Of a DNA stretch of 64,000 nucleotides, positions 17,882 to 30,553 are shown one piece after another. The position numbers and the translations under genes were made by a program. The stretch is from Myxococcota bacterium (lineage in GTDB: Bacteria; Myxococcota_A; UBA9160; UBA6930), in assembly GCA_965223415.1 (NCBI GenBank), contig OZ245002.1, forward strand, positions 5,504,001 through 5,568,000. The letters run 5' to 3'. The notes below the pieces were generated by a model. That model did not search any database and was not told where the DNA came from. It saw only the letters and a list, made by a program, of their open reading frames with translations. Within the stretch, counting starts at the first letter, position 1. Each line of letters begins with the position of its first letter.

Positions 17882-18330
17882 TGCGCACCTCCTGGACATG
17901 GGAGCCCCGAGACACCATGGACCAGCCCGGTGCGCACAAGCGGATGAGCCTCGAAGCCCGGCGCATCTCCTCCCAGCACCGCAAGCTCAACATGCTCCAC
18001 CGCGTGGTGGTCGACGCCATCAACCGCGCCCGCCCCGCCGAGTGCATCACCGCCTTCAAGCGCTTCCGGGAGGCCCTCGACTCCCACTTCTCCCTGGAGG
18101 ACGAACTCTACTTCCCGGCCCTCCACGGCCTGCGCCGCGACCTGTCCGCCACCCTCGAACGGCTGAGCCAGGAGCACGCCGCCCTGCGAAGCCGCCTGGC
18201 GGAGCTGGAGGCGGCGTTCGTCGAGGCCCGGCTGGACGAGTGCGCGCGGCTCCTCGATACCGTGGGCGCGGCGATCGCCGACCACGAGAGCCGGGAAGAG
18301 CAGGTGCTGCGGGCGTTCCGCGATTCCTAG
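17881..18330 (+). CDS. Hemerythrin-like (HHE) domain protein
   Basis: QHRKL, HFSLEDELYFPAL, QEH, HESREE; start at 17881 (TGATG overlap) or 17917. Confidence 0.85.
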   Translation: MRTSWTWEPRDTMDQPGAHKRMSLEARRISSQHRKLNMLHRVVVDAINRARPAECITAFKRFREALDSHFSLEDELYFPALHGLRRDLSATLERLSQEHAALRSRLAELEAAFVEARLDECARLLDTVGAAIADHESREEQVLRAFRDS

Positions 18331-18523
18331 TCCCGGCCGGTGGGTCGAGATCCGAAAACCCCTCGCTCTCGCGCTCCGGGCAGGCGTCGTCGTCGTAGAC
18401 GTGCCGGAACGAAGGCCCCTCCCAGTCCTCGAACTGGCCCTCCCGGGCCGCCCGGAGCACCAGGGCCAGGAGCAGGGCCGCGAGCAGCAGCGAGACCGGC
18501 AGGGTCACGGCGAGGAAGCTCAT
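18056..18523 (-). CDS. ccoS: cbb3-type oxidase assembly protein CcoS/FixS (conserved part about 18380-18523; ORF reads through to 18056)
   Basis: MSFLAVTLPVSLLL...AAREGQFEDWEGPSFRHVYDD directly after ccoI. Confidence 0.8.
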   Translation of the reverse strand: MSFLAVTLPVSLLLAALLLALVLRAAREGQFEDWEGPSFRHVYDDDACPERESEGFSDLDPPAGTRNRGTPAAPALPGSRGRRSPRPRYRGAARTRPAGPRRTPPPAPPGGFAGRRAPGSAVRGWRTGRGAGRGGPGSRVRPPGRSGSRGPPGSA

Positions 18524-20700
18524 GCGTCGGGGCTCCAGCGCAGCAGCCGGATCGCGTTGCCGGTCACCACGAGAGACGACGCGCTCATGGCGATCGCTGC
18601 GTGGAGGGGCTCGAGCCAGCCGGCCACCGCGAGCGGAACGGCCACCAGGTTGTAGAGCAGCGCGAAGCCCAGGTTCTCGCGGATGCGGGCCACGCAGGCC
18701 CGGGCCAGGCCCAGGGTCGTCGGGAGCGCCGTGAGACGAGGCGAGCGGATCACCAGATCGGCCGCGTGGAGGGTGACGTCGGAGCCGCGGTGCATGGCGA
18801 GGCCGACGTCGGCGGCTCCGAGGGCGGCGGCGTCGTTGATGCCGTCGCCGGCCACGAGCACACGGCGGCCGGCCCGTCGCAGGGTGCGCACCTGGGCGAC
18901 CTTCTCCTCCGGCGACTGCTCGGCGTGGACCACCGGCACGCCCGCAGCGGCGGCGGCCAGACGGGCGGCCGTAGGGTGGTCGCCGGTCACGAGGGAGGCG
19001 GCGACGCCCTGGCGCTGCAACGCCTCCACGGCCAGGCCGGCGTCCTCCCGCGGCGGATCCCAGAGAGCGAGCAGGCCCAGAACCTCCTCGTCCCGTGAGA
19101 CGGCGACGAGGCTCAGGCCCGCCGCGGCGGCCTTGTCCGCGGCCTCGCGGAGCGGCGCGGGCAGCGCGGCCCCCGCCTCCTCCAGCCAGCGCGGAGAGCC
19201 CGCGCGCAAGAGCGCATCTCCCGCCCGCGCCTCGACGCCAGCACCGGGCCAGGTGCGCCGCTCCGTGAGCTCGGGCAGCACGGCGTCGGCGGCGGCCTCG
19301 CGCAGGGCCTCGGCCACGGGATGGGTCGAGGCGCCTTCGACGGCGGCGGCCCAGAGCCGGAGCTCCTGCTCGCTCACGCCGGGCGCGGTGTGCAGCTCGC
19401 GCACGGCGAAGCGCCCCTCGGTGAGGGTGCCGGTCTTGTCCAGGGCCACCGCGTCGACCCCGGCGCAGCGCTCCAGCGCCTCGCCGCTCTTCACCAGGAT
19501 GCCGAGGGACGCGGCGCGGCCGACGGCGGCGGTGATCGCCGCGGGCGTGGCGAGACCGAGAGCGCAGGGACAGGCCACGATCAGCACGGCGGCGGTGGCG
19601 AGCGCCACGTCCAGGGGCGCGGCCCCCTTCCACAGCCAGAAGCCGGCGGTGGCGGTGGCGATGGCCAGCACCGCCGGCGCGAAGACCGAGGCCACCCGGT
19701 CCGCCAGCCGTTGGATGCGGGGCCGCTCGGCCTGGGCGCGCTCGAGGAGCGCCGCCATCTTGGCGAGGGTGCCCTCGGCGGGCCGAGCCACGACCTCGAT
19801 CTCCGCTTCCACCAGCAGGTTGCGGCTGCCGCCGATCAGGAGCTCGCCGGGCTCCCGCAGGACCGGGCGCGCCTCGCCCGTGAACGGCGCCTCGTCCACC
19901 TCGGTGGCGCCGGAGCACAGGCGCCCGTCGGCGGGCACGGCCTGGCCGGCGGGGACGAGGACGCGGTCGCCTACCGCGAGACTCGCGGCGTCCACCTCGA
20001 CGGGGCCCTCGGGCGTGCACAGGAGCGCCTTCGGCGGCGCCAGGGCGGCCAGGCGATCGACCGCCGAGCGTGCCTTGCCCCGCGCGCCGCGCTCGAGGGT
20101 GCGGCCGAGGAGCACCAGGAAGACGATCATGGCCGCCGAGTCCATGTAGAGGTGCGACGTGCCGGCGAGAGTACCGGCCACGCCGACCCCGAAGGCGGTC
20201 GTGATGCCGGCGACGATGGGCACGTCGACGGAGAGCTCGCCGCAGCGCAGTCCGCTCCAGGCCCCGCGCCAGAAGGGTGCCGCACACCAGGTGATCGCCG
20301 GCACCGTGAGCACCAGCGTGAGCCAGCGCAGGACCTGGCGCACGGCCGGATCCATGCCCTGGTAGCTGCCGGAGTAGAGAGCGACCGAGAGCCACATCAC
20401 GTTGCCGGCCAGGAAGGCCGCCACCAGCAGGCGCACGAGGGCGGCGCGCTGGCTGCCGGCGGCCGGCCGATCCAGCACCTCCGGGTCGAAGGGGGTCGCG
20501 TCGTAGCCGAGCTCGCGCACCACCCCGACGAGGGCGTCGGCGGAGCTGCGCTCCGGGTCGATGCGCACCAGGGCCCGGTGGCTGGTGTAGTTCACGGCGG
20601 CCTCGTCCACGCCGTCGGCAGCGCGCAGGGCCCGCTCCACCCGGTTCACACAGCCGGCGCAGTGGAGCCCGTCCAGGAAGAGGCCGACGTCCGCGGTCAT
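18520..20700 (-). CDS. ccoI: Cu-translocating P1B-type ATPase CcoI/FixI
   Basis: HMA GLHCAGC, TGE, CPCALGLA, DKTGTLT, HP, GDGIND, YN, MSASS. Confidence 0.93.
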   Translation of the reverse strand: MTADVGLFLDGLHCAGCVNRVERALRAADGVDEAAVNYTSHRALVRIDPERSSADALVGVVRELGYDATPFDPEVLDRPAAGSQRAALVRLLVAAFLAGNVMWLSVALYSGSYQGMDPAVRQVLRWLTLVLTVPAITWCAAPFWRGAWSGLRCGELSVDVPIVAGITTAFGVGVAGTLAGTSHLYMDSAAMIVFLVLLGRTLERGARGKARSAVDRLAALAPPKALLCTPEGPVEVDAASLAVGDRVLVPAGQAVPADGRLCSGATEVDEAPFTGEARPVLREPGELLIGGSRNLLVEAEIEVVARPAEGTLAKMAALLERAQAERPRIQRLADRVASVFAPAVLAIATATAGFWLWKGAAPLDVALATAAVLIVACPCALGLATPAAITAAVGRAASLGILVKSGEALERCAGVDAVALDKTGTLTEGRFAVRELHTAPGVSEQELRLWAAAVEGASTHPVAEALREAAADAVLPELTERRTWPGAGVEARAGDALLRAGSPRWLEEAGAALPAPLREAADKAAAAGLSLVAVSRDEEVLGLLALWDPPREDAGLAVEALQRQGVAASLVTGDHPTAARLAAAAAGVPVVHAEQSPEEKVAQVRTLRRAGRRVLVAGDGINDAAALGAADVGLAMHRGSDVTLHAADLVIRSPRLTALPTTLGLARACVARIRENLGFALLYNLVAVPLAVAGWLEPLHAAIAMSASSLVVTGNAIRLLRWSPDA

Positions 20701-20897
20701 CCCTGCGCCTCCACCTCCCGCGGGTGGAAGCCGCTGCGTCCGCCGTCGGCTTCGAAGGCCTCGTCCACGATGACCGGGTCCGGCGTGCGGTAGGCAACGA
20801 CGGCGAAGCCGATCGACACCAGCATCATCAGGGCGAGCATCGAGGCGAGGATCCAGGGCCAGGGCTCGGTGCGGCGCTCCGTCGGGTCAGCCTGCAT
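20697..20897 (-). CDS. ccoH: Short CcoH/FixH-like membrane protein (66 aa)
   Basis: EPWPW + single TM + PDPVI between ccoG and ccoI, with overlapping start/stop codons. Confidence 0.65.
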   Translation of the reverse strand: MQADPTERRTEPWPWILASMLALMMLVSIGFAVVAYRTPDPVIVDEAFEADGGRSGFHPREVEAQG

Positions 20898-22203
20898 CGC
20901 GGATCTCCGGTGTGAGGAAGTGGGTCGGCCGCACGAGGGGGCGATCGCCCCCCTCGACCGGCTCGAGCACGAAGCGCAGCTCCTTGCGGGTTCCGTCGGG
21001 CTCCCAGCCGAGCGGCGCCATCACGAAGACGCGGGCCTCCACCGCGTCGGTCGGCCCGACGGGGATCGGGTTCTGGCCGGCGATCAGGGCGAAGTCGGTA
21101 CCCGTGGCCTCGACGCGGATCCGGTAGGCGTGCTCGACCCGATCGCGGTTCTCGAGGCGGAGGGTGAAGGCGTTGCCATAGCGCCCGTCCGCGGCGCGAC
21201 CGAACAGGGCCTGGCGGTTGTGCATGACCGTGAAGTCCATCGGCACGCGCACCATGAGCAGCGCGGCAAAGGCCACGCCGGCAGCGACGAGCATGCCGCC
21301 GTAGACGACCACCCGGGGCCGCAGGACCCGGGCCGGCCGGGTGCCCTCGAGGGCCGAGAGCGCGCGGTATCCGATCAGCTCGGGCTCCCGGCCAGTGCGG
21401 GCCATCACCCCGTTGCAGGCGTCGATGCACTGGGTGCAGGTGATGCATTCGAGCTGCAGGCCGTCGCGGATGTCGATCTCGGTGGGGCAGACCTGCACGC
21501 AGAGGCCGCAATCGACACAGTCGCCTGCGACGGTCCCGCGCTTGCCCCGCGGCTCGCCGCGGGCCCGGTCGTAGCTGATGACGAGGGTGTCGCGGTCGAA
21601 CAGCACGCCCTGGAAGCGGGCGTAGGGGCAGAGATAGCGACAGAAGGTCTGCTTCACGACGACGAAGTCGAGGTAGGAGAGGACGGCCATCACCACGAGG
21701 AAGCCGAAGGCGGCGCCGTAGGGGCCGCCGGACTGGAGGCGTTCCAGCAGCTGGTAGGGCGAGGCGAAGTAGGCCACGAGGTGGAAGCCGATCACGAGGG
21801 AGAGTCCCATCCACACGAGGTGGGTGAGCAGGATCCGCCAGGCCGCGACCCGCTCGGGCGGCCGCGGCCCCTTCCAGCCCTGGAGGAAGCGCGCCACCAC
21901 GGCGAAGACATCGGTGAAGACGGTCTGCGGGCAGGCCCAGCCGCACCAGACGCGCCCGAGGAGGGCCGTGAAGAAGAAGAGCGCCAGGGCCAGCGCTGCC
22001 AGGATCAGCCACAGGAAGTAGAGCTCCTGGGGCGCGATCACGAGGCCCAGCACGTGGAACTCGCGGGCCGGGATGTCGAGCTGCACCAGGGGCTCGCCGC
22101 CGATCCGGATCCACGGGATCCCGAACAGGACGGCGATGAGCGCCACGTCGGCCCAGGCGCGCAGCGTACGGAACCGGCCGCTCACCGCGCGAGCGGAGAG
22201 CAC
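20887..22203 (-). CDS. ccoG: Cytochrome c oxidase accessory protein CcoG/FixG
   Basis: GRVWCGWACPQT, FCRYLCPYARFQ, DCVDCGLCVQVCPT, ECITCTQCIDAC. Confidence 0.96.
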   Translation of the reverse strand: MLSARAVSGRFRTLRAWADVALIAVLFGIPWIRIGGEPLVQLDIPAREFHVLGLVIAPQELYFLWLILAALALALFFFTALLGRVWCGWACPQTVFTDVFAVVARFLQGWKGPRPPERVAAWRILLTHLVWMGLSLVIGFHLVAYFASPYQLLERLQSGGPYGAAFGFLVVMAVLSYLDFVVVKQTFCRYLCPYARFQGVLFDRDTLVISYDRARGEPRGKRGTVAGDCVDCGLCVQVCPTEIDIRDGLQLECITCTQCIDACNGVMARTGREPELIGYRALSALEGTRPARVLRPRVVVYGGMLVAAGVAFAALLMVRVPMDFTVMHNRQALFGRAADGRYGNAFTLRLENRDRVEHAYRIRVEATGTDFALIAGQNPIPVGPTDAVEARVFVMAPLGWEPDGTRKELRFVLEPVEGGDRPLVRPTHFLTPEIRDAG

Positions 22204-22206
22204 GCC

Positions 22207-22782
22207 CTACCCCCCTGCGCCCTGCTGGGCCTGGGCCGCGTCGTGCTCCGGCGAGCCCACGCCGGGCTCGTCGGTGCGCTCGAGGGTCTCCATGTAGGCG
22301 AGCACCTTCCAGATCTTCTCGTTGCCGAGCTGGGGGCCCCAGGGCGGCATGCCGAGGGGCCGGCCGGCGTTCACCGTCTCGAAGAGCGCGGCGTCGCTGT
22401 CGCCGTACTTCCAGTAGGGATCGATCACGCTCGGACCCACGAGCCCCCGCCCGTCGGGCAGGTGGCAGGCGACGCAGATCTGGGTCCACACCTCCTGGCC
22501 CTGGGCGATCGCGGCGCTGTCGCCGCGGTACGGATTCGTGTCCGGGAGGGCCTCGCGCACGGAGGCGAAGGCGGCTTCCGCCTCGGCGACCTCGGCCTGC
22601 CAGCGCTCCGCCTGGGAGTGCGGCGCCATGGCGCCGTAGAAGAAGATGTAGCCGAGCCCGTAGAGGATCAGCCCATAGAAGCCCAGGTTGAACCAGGCCG
22701 GGATCGCGTTGTCCTCTTCGCCGATGCCGTCCCGCTCGGGCTCGTCCACCAGCGGCCGCTCGGGAATCTGCTCCGAGCTCAT
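22207..22782 (-). CDS. ccoP: cbb3-type cytochrome c oxidase subunit III (monoheme)
   Basis: DGIGEEDNAIPAWF N-terminus, TM, single CVACH, GMPPWG. Confidence 0.9.
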   Translation of the reverse strand: MSSEQIPERPLVDEPERDGIGEEDNAIPAWFNLGFYGLILYGLGYIFFYGAMAPHSQAERWQAEVAEAEAAFASVREALPDTNPYRGDSAAIAQGQEVWTQICVACHLPDGRGLVGPSVIDPYWKYGDSDAALFETVNAGRPLGMPPWGPQLGNEKIWKVLAYMETLERTDEPGVGSPEHDAAQAQQGAGG

Positions 22783-22931
22783 TCTCCGTCCTCCTCGAGC
22801 ATGCGGTGGGCAGGCGCTTCGAAGCGCGCCCTCTGGCCGGGCCGGAAGAGCCACACGCCGATACCGACCAGAACCAGGGCCAGGAACGCCAGACGGCCCA
22901 GCTTGTAGAGGGCGACCCACTCCTCGCTCAT
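22779..22931 (-). CDS. ccoQ: cbb3-type cytochrome c oxidase subunit IV
   Basis: 50 aa, TM followed by WLFRPGQRARFEAPAHRMLED; between ccoO and ccoP. Confidence 0.85.
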   Translation of the reverse strand: MSEEWVALYKLGRLAFLALVLVGIGVWLFRPGQRARFEAPAHRMLEEDGE

Positions 22932-23611
22932 CGGGCCGCTCCCTTCACCGAGGTCCCCAGGGACTGCAGGTAGGCGATCAGCGCCACGGTCTCGCTGCGG
23001 GCCTGGGCTTCGCTCAGCTCGATGCGATCGCGCCGGAGCTCCGCTGCGATGGCGTCGGCCTGAGCCAGGGCGTCCCGCCCCGCGTTCGCCACCTCGGCGT
23101 CCTCGTAGGGCGCGCCCAGCATGCGGAGCACCTCCAGCTTGCGAGGGAGCGTCGAGGTATCGATCGGTCTCGACGAGAGGAAGGAGAAGCTCGGCATGTT
23201 CGAGCGCGGCTCGATCTTCTGCGGGTCCTCGAAGTGCAGCCAGTGCCAGGAGTGTGGGTAGCGCCCGCCGACCCGCGCCAGGTCCGGCCCCGTGCGGCGG
23301 GAGCCGAACAGGAAGGGCCGGTCGTAGACCGACTCGCCGGCCAGGGAGTACGGCCCGTAGCGGTCGGTCTCGGTCTTGAAGGGCCGCACCTGCTGGCTGT
23401 GGCAGGTGTTGCAGCCCTCGCGCACGTAGATGTCCCGGCCCTCCTGCTCGAGGGCGGTGTAGGGCCGGTGGCCCTCGATCGTCTCCACCGTGCCCTGGAG
23501 GTAGAAGGGAGGGATCAGCAGGACGAGGCCGCCGACCACGATGCACAGCAGGGTGAGCCCGGTCAGGGACAGCCACTTCCGCTCCAGGGGGCGATGCCAC
23601 TCGTACGCCAT
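22928..23611 (-). CDS. ccoO: cbb3-type cytochrome c oxidase subunit II
   Basis: GRDIYVREGCNTCHSQQVRP, GSRRTGPDLARVG, SNMP. Confidence 0.96.
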   Translation of the reverse strand: MAYEWHRPLERKWLSLTGLTLLCIVVGGLVLLIPPFYLQGTVETIEGHRPYTALEQEGRDIYVREGCNTCHSQQVRPFKTETDRYGPYSLAGESVYDRPFLFGSRRTGPDLARVGGRYPHSWHWLHFEDPQKIEPRSNMPSFSFLSSRPIDTSTLPRKLEVLRMLGAPYEDAEVANAGRDALAQADAIAAELRRDRIELSEAQARSETVALIAYLQSLGTSVKGAAR

Positions 23612-23612
23612 C

Positions 23613-25070
23613 TCAGCGCCCTCCCGCCACGGCGGCCGCGGCGCCGGCCGGGGGCGCGTCGGCCTCCGGGACCTCCACCGAGCCCTGCTGGATCGTCTTC
23701 CAGACGTTGTAGACCATCACCAGGGCGCCTCCGAGGAAGAAGACGCCGCCCACCACGCGGATCACGTCGTAGATACGAATGGCAGAGACGGTCTCGATGA
23801 AGGTGTAGGTGAGGCTCCCGTCCGGGTTGACCGCCCGCCACATGAGGCCCTGGGTCACGCCGGACACCCACATCGGCGTCACGTAGAGCACGATGCCGAG
23901 GGTGGCGACCCAGAAGTGCACCTCGGCCAGGCGCTGGCTGTAGAGCTTCGTGTGCCACAGCCGCGGCACCATGTAGTAGAGGGTGGCGAAGCAGGTGAGC
24001 GCCACCCAGCCGAGGGCGCCGGAGTGGACGTGGCCGATCGTCCAGTTGGTGAAGTGGGAGAGCGAGTTCACCGAGCGGAGCGACATCATCGGCCCCTCGA
24101 AGGTGCTCATCCCGTAGAAGGTCAGCCCCACCGCGAACATCTTGAGCAGCGGATCCGTGCGCACCTTGTGCCAGGCGCCGCGGAGGGTGAGCAGCCCGTT
24201 CAGCATCCCGCCCCAGGAGGGGAAGATCAGCATGATCGAGAAGGCGGCACCGAAGGTCTGTGCCCAATCCGGCAGCGGCGAGTAGATCAGGTGATGCGGC
24301 CCGGCCCAGATGTAGATGAAGATCAGCGACCAGAAGTGCAGGATCGAGAGCCGGTGGGAGAAGATCGGCCGCCCCGCCTGCTTCGGCAGGAAGTAGTACA
24401 TGAGGCCCAGGATCGGCGTGGTGAGCAGGAAGCCCACCGCGTTGTGGCCGTACCACCACTGGATGTTCGCATCGTAGACGCCGGAGTAGGCCGAGTAGGA
24501 CTTCATCCACGAGACCGGCCAGGCCATGCTGTTCGTGATGTGCAGCATGGCGATGGTCAGCACCGTCGCGACCCAGAACCAGATGGCCGCGTACATCGCC
24601 TTCTCCCGCCGCTTGGCGAGAGTGCCGAAGACATTGATCGCGTAGACCACCCACACGACGGCGATGGCGATGTCGATGGGCCACTCGAGCTCGGCGTACT
24701 CCTTGGCGGTGGAGTAGCCCCCGAGCAGACTCACGGCGGCGGCGACGATGATGCCGTTCCACAGCCACAGGTTGATCCGCGAGAGCGTGTCGCTGAACAT
24801 CCGCACGCGGCACAGGCGCTGGAGCCCGTAGTAGGTGCCCGCAAAGACCACGCCCAGCGTGAAGCCGAAGATCACCGCGTTCGTATGGACCGGGCGCACG
24901 CGCCCGAAATGCAGGTACGGCCCCCAGTTCCATTCCGGCCAGGCCAGCTGGATCGCAGCCAGCAGTCCCACCAGCATGCCCACCACACCCCACAGCAGCG
25001 CTGACAGGGAAAACCCCCGCACCACCGCCATGTCGTAGAGGACGGGCTCGGCGTTCGTTCGTGTGCTCAC
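23613..25070 (-). CDS. ccoN: cbb3-type cytochrome c oxidase subunit I
   Basis: RPVHTN, KEYAELEW, QWWYGHNAVGF, WAGPHHL, STFEGP, WTIGHVHSGALGW; GTG start 25070. Confidence 0.97.
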   Translation of the reverse strand: MSTRTNAEPVLYDMAVVRGFSLSALLWGVVGMLVGLLAAIQLAWPEWNWGPYLHFGRVRPVHTNAVIFGFTLGVVFAGTYYGLQRLCRVRMFSDTLSRINLWLWNGIIVAAAVSLLGGYSTAKEYAELEWPIDIAIAVVWVVYAINVFGTLAKRREKAMYAAIWFWVATVLTIAMLHITNSMAWPVSWMKSYSAYSGVYDANIQWWYGHNAVGFLLTTPILGLMYYFLPKQAGRPIFSHRLSILHFWSLIFIYIWAGPHHLIYSPLPDWAQTFGAAFSIMLIFPSWGGMLNGLLTLRGAWHKVRTDPLLKMFAVGLTFYGMSTFEGPMMSLRSVNSLSHFTNWTIGHVHSGALGWVALTCFATLYYMVPRLWHTKLYSQRLAEVHFWVATLGIVLYVTPMWVSGVTQGLMWRAVNPDGSLTYTFIETVSAIRIYDVIRVVGGVFFLGGALVMVYNVWKTIQQGSVEVPEADAPPAGAAAAVAGGR

Positions 25071-25109
25071 GCAAAGGCCCCCTTCCGCGCCGGACGTCGT
25101 GCAGGAGAG

Positions 25110-25125
25110 ATGCCAACGCAGGGCG
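25110..25125 (-). promoter_or_regulatory. sigma54 -24/-12 promoter motif for the cco operon
   Basis: Minus strand (T)TGGCATCTCTCCTGCA. Confidence 0.7.
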
Positions 25126-25195
25126 GCATGAAACGGGCTCTCCGCGGGAAGGCGGCCCAATGCCTCCCCAACCCTGGCCTCACATTGGGGCTCGG

Positions 25196-25212
25196 CGCCG
25201 CAGAATCGAGGG
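25196..25212. promoter_or_regulatory. Palindromic candidate enhancer/operator (1 mismatch)
   Basis: TGGGGCTCGGCGCCGCA about 70 bp upstream of the cco sigma54 motif. Confidence 0.35.
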
Positions 25213-25344
25213 CCGGCCCGGAGCCGCTGCGACGCGGTGCGTTGAGGGGAAGCCGCGAGACCACCCGAACGAACCGAACCCAAGCCCGCACCGCCCCGTT
25301 GCCCGCAAGCGCACCCCGCTCTCGCCCCGGGCCCCGCGCCCCCT

Positions 25345-25957
25345 GGTGCCGCCGAATCCAGACCGACCCGGGCCGCCGGGTCTCCGGGTCGTAGGCCGCG
25401 AAGGCGGCGCGGAAGCGCTCGCGGTGGTGGGTGTCGAGCCAGCTGCCGGGCCCGGGGCTGGGTAGGGCTCGATCGAGGTCAGGCCCGCCGCCGGCGCGCC
25501 CTTGTGCTGGTTGCGCGCGAGCGTCGCCGCGATGGTCCGCGTGGAGTGGCCCCGCCCACCTCGATCACCTGCCTCGGCCGGTAGCGGCGGAGGATTGCGA
25601 AGAGCGCGGCCGCGTCGGCGCCGCCGAAGGCACCGTGGAGGGGATCGAAGGCGTGGCGGCCGGGCTCCTGGGTAGCGGCCGCCTCCAGGAGCTCGGCGGC
25701 GAGGCCACCCTCCAGGGCCGCCAGCAGCTCGAGCTGCCCCGGCTCGTTCATGTCGAGGCCGGCGAGCCCCGAGGGCGCTCCCACAGCTCGGGGCCCAGCT
25801 CACGGGTATCCGGAATGGGCGAGTAGAAGTGGACCCGGCTGGCGTGGACGCCCCGCTGCTGGAAGCGCTCGAAGAAGCGACGATCGGTCAGCAGGCCCGG
25901 TGGAAGCCGCGCGACGGCCTCTGCCAACAGGCCGCGCACGAGTTCGCGGAGGCTCAA
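25345..25957 (-). pseudogene. Class I SAM-dependent methyltransferase (Methyltransf_24-like), frameshifted and internally deleted
   Basis: Family motifs split by frameshifts: HFYSPIPD / [10 protein letters not shown]...DAAALFAILRRYRPRQVIEVG / GHST...SIEPYP / AFAAYDP...PGSVWIRR; central part missing. Confidence 0.75.
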
Positions 25958-25974
25958 GGCAGCTCGCCCGGCGG

Positions 25975-28452
<2,478 letters not shown>

Positions 28453-28473
28453 GCGCTCTCCTGGCGGACGGCC

Positions 28474-29720
<1,247 letters not shown>

Positions 29721-29724
<4 letters not shown>

Positions 29725-30380
29725 GAGCTCGCCTCCCCACCGTTCGCCGGGTTCGACGCCGCCGGTGCACCGCCGTTCGCCCCGTTCGCGCCCGGCCGCG
29801 TGCGTTCCGCGGCCACCACGTCGACCAGGCCGTACTCGCGCGCCTCCTCTCCGGAGAGATAGTAGTCACGCTCGGTATCCCTGGCGATCTCGTCCAGGCT
29901 GCGTCCCGTGTGGCGCGCCAGGATCTCGTTGAGCTGGTCGCGCATGCGCAGCAGCTCCTTCGCCTGGATGTCGATGTCGGAGGCCTGGCCCTGGGCGCCG
30001 CCCCAGGGTTGGTGGATCATCACCCGCGCGTTGGGCAGCGCGTGGCGCTTGCCCTTCTCGCCGGCGGCCAGCAGCACCGCGCCCATCGAGGCGGCGAGAC
30101 CGACGCAGAAGGTCGAGACCGCCGGGCGGATGTACTGCATGGTGTCGTAGATCGCGAGGCCGGCGGAGACCGCGCCACCGGGCGAGTTGATGTAGAGGTT
30201 GACGTCCGCCTCGGGATCCTCGGACTCGAGGTAGAGCAGCTGGGCCACCACGACATTGGCCATCTCGTCGTGGATCTGGCCTCCGAGGAAGATCACCCGA
30301 TCGCGCAGCAGCCTCGAGTAGATGTCGTAGGCCCGCTCTCCGCGGTGGTCCTGCTCGACGACGATCGGGATCAGCGGCAT
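29721..30380 (-). CDS. clpP: ClpP proteolytic subunit
   Basis: [10 protein letters not shown]...[28 protein letters not shown]. Confidence 0.97.
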
Positions 30381-30420
30381 GGCTCGTCCTGCACGGGGAT
30401 CGGGATCAGCGGCATGGCTC
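30363..30420. repeat. 23-bp direct repeat duplicating the clpP start region
   Basis: GATCGGGATCAGCGGCATGGCTC at 30363-30385 and 30398-30420. Confidence 0.9.
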
Positions 30421-30553
30421 TCCACCCCCTCCACCCCGGAGGGGTTACTGAGGTTCCAGTCTAACGAGGGCGCGGCCGGCGCGGGTCCCCCCCAAGAACC
30501 CGCGGACCGTTCGGAGCACGCTCACAGGCCGCCGCGAGGCGGCAAATGCGGGG

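Noticed and set aside
15947..18330. Ferritin-like and hemerythrin genes as an encapsulin system or class I ribonucleotide reductase R2
   Set aside because: No encapsulin shell gene, no obvious C-terminal targeting peptide and no R1 subunit in the window
25070..25340. FNR/FixK box upstream of ccoN
   Set aside because: No TTGAT-N4-ATCAA or close variant found by eye
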